Shown: positions 48,024 through 55,419 of the stretch, in pieces | Layout of the letters: each line of letters starts with the position of its first letter | How positions within the stretch are numbered: the first letter of the stretch is position 1 | Source: an uncultured virus (IMG/VR IMGVR_UViG_3300035208_001903) | Taxonomy: Duplodnaviria; Heunggongvirae; Uroviricota; Caudoviricetes | Virus record (IMG/VR): IMGVR_UViG_3300035208_001903 | Length of the DNA stretch: 60,903 bases | Strand: one strand, 5' to 3' | The notes under the pieces: generated by a model | Seen by the model: only the letters and a program-made list of their open reading frames with translations | The model's database searches: none | Told to the model about the DNA's origin: nothing | Translations under genes and position numbers: made by a program

Positions 48024-48970
48024 TATAACTTTAATCCTTCATCTAACATTTTTGAACCTAAAAATCTCTTAAACTCATCGCCTTCTGATAAATTAGACTC
48101 TAAATGATTTTTTAACCTATCTATAACCTTATCAGCATCATGCTTTAAACAAAATGTAGATATAACAAACTCCCTTAATTGTGCAAAAGATAATCCTTTT
48201 GTCTTTTCTGCTAACTCGTGAATCTTAGCATCCTCTATATTCTCTTTAAGCTTAGCTTTTAAATACGCATATCTACCTTCAGTTGGTGGATTATCTATTT
48301 TAATCTTTCTATCAAAACGTGAAGCTCTAAGTATTCTTGGTGGTAATTTTTGAATATAATTTGTAGTTGCTAAAAATAATACGTTATCTGTCTGTGAATC
48401 TCCATCAAACAACTCTAAAATAGCGTGTTCTCCACCATAATTAATTATTTCATCTATATCTTCAATAATACATAATACTTTACGTTCTTTTTCAACTTCA
48501 CGTAATGCACGTAATCCACTAACTAAAGTATGCGCATCCTTTGTAATAAGTACTATATTATTCTTTTCAACAGTTTCTGCCATAGCTAACTTAAGCAACG
48601 CACTCTTTCCAGAACCTGGTTCCCCGAAAAGTAAGACTCCTCTTTTATGTGTAAACCCATATTTTGTAAAGTCTGCTTTTAAATTCCAAAAATTATCTAT
48701 TTCTTGTAAAATACTATTATATCTACTATCTTCAAATCTCAAAATATCATCAGTATTAACATCATGAATTTCAAAAAATATACCTTCCATACTATTTTGA
48801 ATTCTATATATTCCGGCTGGTAATACTTTTTCAGTAACTATTTCACCAACAGGAGAAAACGAATTACCTTGTACCATATACTTTTTATATATCTGTTTTC
48901 TTTTACTTTCTGCTTGCTTTACCATAATTTGACCAGGACTAGATTCTTTCAAATATTGTGTAAATGACAT
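48023..48970 (-). CDS. AAA+ ATPase with leader
   Basis: Walker A GEPGSGKS, Walker B IIEDID, TTN, SRH PPRILRASRFD; leader MSFTQYLKE. Confidence 0.9.
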   Translation of the reverse strand: MSFTQYLKESSPGQIMVKQAESKRKQIYKKYMVQGNSFSPVGEIVTEKVLPAGIYRIQNSMEGIFFEIHDVNTDDILRFEDSRYNSILQEIDNFWNLKADFTKYGFTHKRGVLLFGEPGSGKSALLKLAMAETVEKNNIVLITKDAHTLVSGLRALREVEKERKVLCIIEDIDEIINYGGEHAILELFDGDSQTDNVLFLATTNYIQKLPPRILRASRFDRKIKIDNPPTEGRYAYLKAKLKENIEDAKIHELAEKTKGLSFAQLREFVISTFCLKHDADKVIDRLKNHLESNLSEGDEFKRFLGSKMLDEGLKL

Positions 48971-48987
48971 TGTTTTCTCCTTTAAAA

Positions 48988-49332
48988 TTACTTTATTTCT
49001 TCAATATATTTTTCATCAGGTAATTGATCCATAATATATTGTGATCTATATTCTTTTTCAAATGGACTTTTAGGCTCAATTAATGAAACAGCCATTAACG
49101 TACTTCTAGGATCATCACCTTTAATTATATAGCCGGTTCCATGTTTTATATGTATTTCATCATCTGGCATTGTTATATATTTTTCAAAAACTGGCAAAAT
49201 TATCTGTGTATTTCCATAATAATAATTTGATTTTTTAACTTCACCAGTATTAATCCATACAGGAAAACTATCTTTAACTTTAAAAATTCTATCTTTGTTT
49301 TCCATATTTTTTAAATAATCTTGAAAGCTCAT
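48988..49332 (-). CDS. Hypothetical protein with leader
   Basis: MSFQDYLKNME. Confidence 0.6.
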   Translation of the reverse strand: MSFQDYLKNMENKDRIFKVKDSFPVWINTGEVKKSNYYYGNTQIILPVFEKYITMPDDEIHIKHGTGYIIKGDDPRSTLMAVSLIEPKSPFEKEYRSQYIMDQLPDEKYIEEIK

Positions 49333-49334
49333 TA

Positions 49335-49586
49335 TTAGAACTCCATTTTATAAAAGTTTTCTATATCAGCTTTTAGTCCTGCTTCACCATGATTAGAAGA
49401 TATCATTTCATCTATTCTTTTTTGATACTGTTCAAAAATACTAGATTCATCAAATGATTGTTTCCATACCATATCTGCTGATTCTAATTTAGCTGAAGCT
49501 TCTTGTAATAATAACATTGCTTCTTTAGCTATTTTAAAAGCATTACCGGCTTCTGACTTTTCTACTATAAAATTATGAAATGACAT
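49335..49586 (-). CDS. Small helical protein with leader, paralog of 49588..49842
   Basis: LLQEAS..L..A...W...DE.I...GEAGLK. Confidence 0.65.
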   Translation of the reverse strand: MSFHNFIVEKSEAGNAFKIAKEAMLLLQEASAKLESADMVWKQSFDESSIFEQYQKRIDEMISSNHGEAGLKADIENFYKMEF

Positions 49587-49587
49587 A

Positions 49588-49842
49588 TTATTTTCCTTGT
49601 TTAAACGATGCTACAAATGGTTTTAAACCGGCTTCTCCATTATCTGTTATTATAATTTCATCTACTAATTGTTTAAAATGAATAAAATCACCAGTTTGAT
49701 TACCTGCATTTTCCCATGCTGAAGCTGCATCACCTAAATAACTACTGGCTTTTTGTAACAATTCTAAAGCTTTACTTGCATTTTGAATAGCTTCTTGATT
49801 AAAATCATTTTGAACATCTTTTACAAATTCATGAAATGGCAT
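49588..49842 (-). CDS. Small helical protein with leader, paralog of 49335..49586
   Basis: LLQKAS..L..A...W...DEII...GEAGLK. Confidence 0.65.
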   Translation of the reverse strand: MPFHEFVKDVQNDFNQEAIQNASKALELLQKASSYLGDAASAWENAGNQTGDFIHFKQLVDEIIITDNGEAGLKPFVASFKQGK

Positions 49843-49853
49843 ATTTTTCTCCT

Positions 49854-50345
49854 TTAAAAATCTGTTCCTATTTCATCATACATATCGTTAGCTAATTGAC
49901 TTTCATCACTTATACTATGTTTTGAATTATCTGGTTCATATACTGAATTATATTGATACTTTCCGGTATTATCCTTTAAAAACCAATAAATAGCCTTTTC
50001 CGCTTCTTCACGCCAATTAGATGCATTAAACACATCGCTTAAATGCCTCATAACTTGATTTTTTATATTGTTTTTTATATTATATTTCTTTTGAATTTCC
50101 TTTCTAATTATTTCATCATATAAAGGATAAACATTATTACCAATTGATTTAGTAAGTAATTTATATTCTTTTTGATTATTTAACACATTTTGTAATATTT
50201 CTTCTGCATCTTTATCTGATATATCCTTTTCAAACTCACTATCAGCTATAACTTTAATATAATCTGAATTCAAATCTTCAGGCGTTGTTAAAAAAACACC
50301 TTGAACTTTACCTATCTCTGTAAGATATTTTTGATAACCTAACAT
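49854..50345 (-). CDS. Hypothetical protein with leader
   Basis: MLGYQKYLTE; AGGAG RBS. Confidence 0.6.
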   Translation of the reverse strand: MLGYQKYLTEIGKVQGVFLTTPEDLNSDYIKVIADSEFEKDISDKDAEEILQNVLNNQKEYKLLTKSIGNNVYPLYDEIIRKEIQKKYNIKNNIKNQVMRHLSDVFNASNWREEAEKAIYWFLKDNTGKYQYNSVYEPDNSKHSISDESQLANDMYDEIGTDF

Positions 50346-50365
50346 TATTGAATTCTCCTATTAAC

Positions 50366-50373
50366 TATTTATA
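50366..50373 (-). promoter_or_regulatory. T4-type late promoter
   Basis: Exact TATAAATA, intergenic, 20 nt upstream of the start at 50345. Confidence 0.7.
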
Positions 50374-50383
50374 ATACTTGAAT

Positions 50384-51010
50384 TTAATATATAAAACTAT
50401 CAACTAACTTATAATTAATATTAAATGCATTAAGTAATAATTGTATTTCCTTAAGGCACTCGTTTTGTCCACCGCCGCAAATTAAAGAACCATCCCAATT
50501 ATCCTTCAGTTCACTTATACTAATATCTGGTTCCCATATTGGTTCTGTTTCTATTATATCTTTTAAATGCTTATAATCAATAGCTGGCAATACATTTTTC
50601 CATACATCTACAGGTATATCTCTAGAATCATGTTTTCTATTAATAGCCATATAACGTAAAGCTTGTTTCATTCCATTATCTGTTATACCATAATCCATCC
50701 AACCCCTATAGAACGCGTATCCCTTATCTTGCCATGTTACTTTATCCCATTCAAAGTTTTCTAGATCAGGATTATTTTCAATTAACCATCCAGTTATAGC
50801 TTCAGAAGAGTCTTCACTATCAATAGTTTCAGGACCGTTATAGAAATATAATATATTCTTCTTTATAGTAGTAAGAAAATTACCAAAATCTTCTATTGAA
50901 AACTTTTTTGTAATATTTTCTTCATATAAAGGCTGAACATCTACAACTATTAAGTTTCTAAATTCACTACCTAATCGTTCATTTAAGTCATAATAATCAG
51001 TAAATTTCAT
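50384..51010 (-). CDS. Isochorismatase/cysteine hydrolase-like protein with leader
   Basis: LIVVDVQP, DKGY, ICGGGQNECL (Asp-Lys-Cys); leader MKFTDYYDLNE. Confidence 0.6.
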   Translation of the reverse strand: MKFTDYYDLNERLGSEFRNLIVVDVQPLYEENITKKFSIEDFGNFLTTIKKNILYFYNGPETIDSEDSSEAITGWLIENNPDLENFEWDKVTWQDKGYAFYRGWMDYGITDNGMKQALRYMAINRKHDSRDIPVDVWKNVLPAIDYKHLKDIIETEPIWEPDISISELKDNWDGSLICGGGQNECLKEIQLLLNAFNINYKLVDSFIY

Positions 51011-51013
51011 GGT

Positions 51014-51397
51014 TTATACATCCAATACCTTAATTTGATTTTTATTAAATACAACTATTTCATCCATAAAATCATCAATAACGCCATCATATCCCATTGA
51101 AATTAATTTATTTTTCATTTCCATTCCATTTAAACGATAACCTAACTTATCTAAAACTTCTCTATCTGCCGGATTTTTAAATGTTATTTCTACTGTTGTA
51201 ATTCTATTTTCGTCTTGTATTCCTTTAATTTTAGTATATTTCTTAGCTTCTTCTTTATTTTTTGAAAAGTATATACCCGAAACTCTAAGTGCTTCACTAT
51301 CTCTAACATTAAAATCTTTAATTTTATTCTCACGACTACCATGATATGCTTTTATAACAATAGATTCATTTAAATTATAATATTCAGTAAATTTCAT
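51014..51397 (-). CDS. ADP-ribosyltransferase-fold protein (H-Y-E type) with leader
   Basis: AYHGS, GIYFS...A..Y, NP, GYDGV, EIVVF..QIK; start reassigned to MKFTEYYNLNE. Confidence 0.65.
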   Translation of the reverse strand: MKFTEYYNLNESIVIKAYHGSRENKIKDFNVRDSEALRVSGIYFSKNKEEAKKYTKIKGIQDENRITTVEITFKNPADREVLDKLGYRLNGMEMKNKLISMGYDGVIDDFMDEIVVFNKNQIKVLDV

Positions 51398-51398
51398 A

Positions 51399-51788
51399 TT
51401 ATATCTCATAAGTATACGTACCATCTTTAGGAATATAACCAGGTTTTCTCATAACTGTAATGATAGATATAAAGTCCTTGCCTTTACGCATTTTAAGAGC
51501 ACCAATAATGTTTAACTTAGTTTCTTTATTCTTAACTAAAAATTCAGCTTCATTTTCTATTTCACCGTTAGCATAATCATTCATTATTTTAGGTAATGCT
51601 TTTTCTAAGTCTTTAATAATTTCATCTTCTGTAATATTCATTCGTTTATAATTATCAAGTCGATTCATTTGTTGATCTGAATGACTTGTACTATATAAGT
51701 CTAAGTTTTCAATATCTATTTCAATTTTTTGATTAGATATTGTTAAAAACTTCTTTTCTTGTAATAAATAAAAGTCTTTAAAATGCAT
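51399..51788 (-). CDS. Hypothetical protein with leader, possible BECR/RelE-like RNase fold
   Basis: N-terminal HS..Q..R helix and C-terminal IITVMRK strand; leader MHFKDFYLLQE. Confidence 0.45.
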   Translation of the reverse strand: MHFKDFYLLQEKKFLTISNQKIEIDIENLDLYSTSHSDQQMNRLDNYKRMNITEDEIIKDLEKALPKIMNDYANGEIENEAEFLVKNKETKLNIIGALKMRKGKDFISIITVMRKPGYIPKDGTYTYEI

Positions 51789-51807
51789 AAGTATATTCCT
51801 TACATAG

Positions 51808-51815
51808 TATTTATA
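51808..51815 (-). promoter_or_regulatory. T4-type late promoter
   Basis: Exact TATAAATA directly after a terminator, 19 nt upstream of the start at 51788. Confidence 0.72.
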
Positions 51816-51854
51816 AAAACAAAAAGCCTATCAAAATTAAATGATAGACTTTTT
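51816..51854 (-). terminator. Rho-independent terminator
   Basis: Minus strand AAAAAGTCTATCA-loop-TGATAGGCTTTTTGTTTTT. Confidence 0.7.
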
Positions 51855-52028
51855 AAGTTGACTACATTAGTGATTACTGTTTCTTATGTTATGTTATAAA
51901 TTCTATTTAATTAGAATTTTTTAATAAAATCAAATTGATTTTATACGGCTCAAACACAGAACCTCTATCCAATAGGCGTTTTACAAAACCATCTTGGATT
52001 ACTTTTTTTAAATGTATTCAACTCTAAT

Positions 52029-53690
52029 TTAAAGCTTTTTATTATATTCTGCGTCAAATGAAGGAGCTTTAACAGTTTCAATTTTCTCATTAGGTTTAGC
52101 TAGTTTAGCTGTTAAATTACCTTTAGGTGGAGCTTTCTTTTCTACCTTAGGAGTCTTAACAGTTTCTACCTTTTCTTTAGGTTTAGAAGGTTTAGCAGTT
52201 AAAGCTGCGGAAGGAGCTTTTTTAGACATAGTTTCAGGTTTATTAGTTTTCTCCAACTTTTCATTAGGCTTTTTAGGAGTAGCAGTTAAAGCCGCTGAAG
52301 GTTCTTTTGTTTTAGTAAAAGCTTTATCTACTGAAGGCATTTTAGGTGTTTCAGATTCGTCTACAGTATCATCATCGTCAAACATAAATCTACGAGCTAA
52401 TTTAGTTATAGATAATGCTTCTTCGACTTCTTCTTTTTCATCTTCCTTTTTTTCAGCAGCTTCTTCTTTTTCTTCAGCTTCTTTCTTATCTGCTTCTTCT
52501 TTCTCTTTCTTTTCCTTTTCTTCTTTTTCTTTCTTAGCTTTTTCTTCGTCTTCTTCTTTCTTTTCTTCAGCTTTATCAACTTCAGCTTCTTCAACTTCTG
52601 TTAAACCAAATTTACTTTCATTACCATCTTTATCAACACAAACTAATTTAGATTCTGCAATACTTGTTACATTATACCATTTATCGCCAACACGAACCAA
52701 TTTACCTACTAATTTATTAATATCAATAGATTCACCAACATCTTCATCGTCTTCTTCATCTGGAACTTCCTCATCTTCTACATCTTCCCAACTAATAACA
52801 TCGTCTTCAGTTTCTTCGCCTTCAGGTTTTTCTTCTGGTGTTTCTTCACCTTCAGGTTTTTCTTCTGGTGTTTCTTCGGGAGTTTCTTCTGAATTATCAG
52901 TTAGTTCAAATCCTTGTTCGCCAAAAAATTGTTTTAGTGAGTCGGCGAATTTTTGTGCCTGTGTTGGTGATTCAAATTCATAATCTTTATGTTCTAAACC
53001 AGTATCTTCATTTTCTGGATCAACTGTTACTTTATTATCTACAACAGTGATAGTTAGTTTTTTGGCTTCTATATCTGTTGGTTCGTCTACAGTTTCTTCT
53101 GGTTTTTCTTCAGGAGTTTCTTCTGGTTCCGTATCCGGTATCACTTCATCAGGAGTTACTTCGGGAGTTTCTTCTGGTTCGTCTGTTACTTCAGGAACTT
53201 CTGGTTTCTCTGCCTTTTCTTCTAATTCCTCTTCCTCTTCCTTTTCGGCTTTCTTGCCTTTCTTACCTTTCTTTTTAGCCTTAGCAGATTCAGTTTCCAT
53301 ATCTATATCAGTTTCATCATCTGTCGTATAGATTGGTGTTACTGAAGGTATTGTAGTAACTGTTGGTTCTGCCATTCCGCCTTTACCGCTTTTATTTGTA
53401 TCGTTGTTGATGATAATTTTAATATCACCTTCATCCAATGCATTAATCTTTTCAACTACATATTCCATATTATTTTTTAAAAAATCTACATCAATAGTTG
53501 AAGGAGCAATAGTCTTATCAATAAAATCGTTTTGTATACGATTTAATGCTGTTTGTTTGTCAGCATAAGGACCATCAAAAGCTTCTTTCATAATAGCCTT
53601 TACTTTGTTCCACTTCTCTTTAATTATATCTTCTGCTTTTGATACATCCTGATTGAAAGTCTCTTTCAAATAAGTTGCAAATTCTAGCAT
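52029..53690 (-). CDS. Large acidic low-complexity protein, putative prohead core/scaffold or internal protein
   Basis: Leader MLEFATYLKE; E/P/K-rich tracts; three basic C-terminal repeats. Confidence 0.6.
   Translation of the reverse strand: MLEFATYLKETFNQDVSKAEDIIKEKWNKVKAIMKEAFDGPYADKQTALNRIQNDFIDKTIAPSTIDVDFLKNNMEYVVEKINALDEGDIKIIINNDTNKSGKGGMAEPTVTTIPSVTPIYTTDDETDIDMETESAKAKKKGKKGKKAEKEEEEELEEKAEKPEVPEVTDEPEETPEVTPDEVIPDTEPEETPEEKPEETVDEPTDIEAKKLTITVVDNKVTVDPENEDTGLEHKDYEFESPTQAQKFADSLKQFFGEQGFELTDNSEETPEETPEEKPEGEETPEEKPEGEETEDDVISWEDVEDEEVPDEEDDEDVGESIDINKLVGKLVRVGDKWYNVTSIAESKLVCVDKDGNESKFGLTEVEEAEVDKAEEKKEEDEEKAKKEKEEKEKKEKEEADKKEAEEKEEAAEKKEDEKEEVEEALSITKLARRFMFDDDDTVDESETPKMPSVDKAFTKTKEPSAALTATPKKPNEKLEKTNKPETMSKKAPSAALTAKPSKPKEKVETVKTPKVEKKAPPKGNLTAKLAKPNEKIETVKAPSFDAEYNKKL
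52811..52877. repeat. 30-bp intragenic tandem repeat (EETPEEKPEG)
   Basis: tttcttc(g/a)ccttcaggtttttcttctggtg twice plus a partial copy. Confidence 0.85.
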
Positions 53691-53713
53691 AATATTACTC
53701 CTCTCTATTTAAT

Positions 53714-53905
53714 TTAGAAGGTTCTTTCTTCTTCATTTTCGTCACAATAAAAATCATCACTACTATTTATCCTACTATTAAAATCTAACTCTTTTGGTTC
53801 ATCTTCGCTTTCAAACAACTTATAATATATCTCGTATGTCTGAAAATCCTCTATATCATTTTCGTCTATTCGTGACATTAACCGTTCATCTCTATTATAT
53901 GTCAT
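53714..53905 (-). CDS. Small acidic hypothetical protein
   Basis: 63 aa; AAGGTG RBS; follows a late promoter. Confidence 0.55.
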   Translation of the reverse strand: MTYNRDERLMSRIDENDIEDFQTYEIYYKLFESEDEPKELDFNSRINSSDDFYCDENEEERTF

Positions 53906-53918
53906 TATTTCACCTTAG

Positions 53919-53926
53919 TATTTATA
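53919..53926 (-). promoter_or_regulatory. T4-type late promoter
   Basis: Exact TATAAATA, intergenic, upstream of 53905. Confidence 0.7.
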
Positions 53927-53936
53927 TTATTTAATA

Positions 53937-54329
53937 TCAAATTAAGCTTCTTAAATTAAATTTATGCTTTATACTCCATTCATTCTTCTGACTATAAGGT
54001 AACACATATATGTATTTATTATGAGGAACTATCAATTCATCCTGTACATCTATCAATTCCCACTCCTTTAAACAAAAAGCTATTGCATTCCTTCTCAATA
54101 TATCATCGTCACATATTGCATTATAAGCACTATTCCTTGCTAATAAAAATAACTGTTTGAAATGTGCTAGATAATACTTAGAATCGTTTTCAATAACATA
54201 ACACGAAGGATATAAAATTTTCTGCTTCTTATTAGCAATCCCTATGCGTGAAAGCGTTTCTGCTACTACCTTCATATCAACTAATAACTTAATTTCTAAT
54301 AAACTATCCTTAATTTTTTCAATATTCAT
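53937..54329 (-). CDS. regA: T4-like translational repressor RegA
   Basis: ETLSRIGIAN...LYPSCY...YY..HFKQLF...RRNAIA..L.EW.LI. Confidence 0.9.
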   Translation of the reverse strand: MNIEKIKDSLLEIKLLVDMKVVAETLSRIGIANKKQKILYPSCYVIENDSKYYLAHFKQLFLLARNSAYNAICDDDILRRNAIAFCLKEWELIDVQDELIVPHNKYIYVLPYSQKNEWSIKHKFNLRSLI

Positions 54330-54339
54330 AGATGCTCCA

Positions 54340-54882
54340 TTATGTTAGCACATTCTTCTTCTCATATAAAATTTGTTCATATGAAAAATTACAAGTAAAA
54401 GTAACTTCTTCACTTATACCATTATCTAAAGCCAATGAACTTAAACTTAATAAAAATGCCTCTGTAAATCTCCACACCGCTACTGTTCTTTTCTGATTGT
54501 CTAATATATTTAGTGAAATTGATTTTATAGTGTTTTTTCTAAATAAATCTTCTTCTGAACTAAAATCAGTCACATCTCCAGCCTTCATAGCCTTCATCCA
54601 CTCAAATAAGTATATATAATTCCTCATATCTTCTGATAATTTAAAACTTATTTGTATCTGGGATAAATCTACATTAATCTTAGGTGCTTCTGGATGACGA
54701 ACTCTAAATCCCATAAAATCAGAATATATCTCAGACATATTATAATCAGGAAATGTTACACTTTTAACTAGATTATCATATAGTCGCATATCTCTAATTG
54801 ATTCAAGTGCTGGCATGTTAGAAAAATTAACTTGCCAATTACTACTATGAAACAAATTAGGAAACATTGTCTCAGTAGCCAT
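54340..54882 (-). CDS. T4 gp3-like tail completion/tube terminator protein (tail tube fold)
   Basis: F.LSEDMRNY..LFEWM, LNILDN, F.EAF..SLS.L, F.Y pattern. Confidence 0.7.
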   Translation of the reverse strand: MATETMFPNLFHSSNWQVNFSNMPALESIRDMRLYDNLVKSVTFPDYNMSEIYSDFMGFRVRHPEAPKINVDLSQIQISFKLSEDMRNYIYLFEWMKAMKAGDVTDFSSEEDLFRKNTIKSISLNILDNQKRTVAVWRFTEAFLLSLSSLALDNGISEEVTFTCNFSYEQILYEKKNVLT

Positions 54883-55403
54883 TATAATAATCCCTCAATT
54901 TCTTCATCTGTTTCTTTAATCATTGGTCTAATAACCTTAGTAAACTCTTCTTTAACAAACGTTGGTAATGCAATAAATGAAACTGGAGTAATATCTATTT
55001 CTATTTCTTCATTAATAATCTCGTTATAAATATCAATCTCTTTTTGTCTTTCATCTAAAGCTTCTTTATATGTTTCTATTAATTCATTTAATGATTTATT
55101 AGCTTCTTCCAAATTTTCACCATTAATAGAAAATTGATTACCATTAATAACTGGATTACCTTGTTCGTCTTTACTAGCATACTTCATCAATATTTCTTTT
55201 CGTTTTATATCAAACTCATCATATTTAGGAATACCAGACTTTCTTGCTTTAACAATCTCAGTTACTTCTGGTGTTAAACTATCTAAGGTTCTATTTTTAG
55301 CATAGTCAAACCTTTTATCCAACATCTCATTTTCTGGAACTTTTAGATTAGTTAAAACAAACCAAATCTGAAAAATCCTTTCACGCGTCAACTTTGTTTT
55401 CAT
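54882..55403 (-). CDS. Hypothetical helical protein (possible tail assembly chaperone)
   Basis: KYASKDEQGNP motif; lies between tail genes; AAGGAG RBS. Confidence 0.5.
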   Translation of the reverse strand: MKTKLTRERIFQIWFVLTNLKVPENEMLDKRFDYAKNRTLDSLTPEVTEIVKARKSGIPKYDEFDIKRKEILMKYASKDEQGNPVINGNQFSINGENLEEANKSLNELIETYKEALDERQKEIDIYNEIINEEIEIDITPVSFIALPTFVKEEFTKVIRPMIKETDEEIEGLL

Positions 55404-55419
55404 ATCAATTTAAACTCCT

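Noticed and set aside
52406..52594. Lys-rich 62 aa minus-strand ORF
   Set aside because: Alternative frame of the GAA/AAA-rich KE tract within 52029..53690
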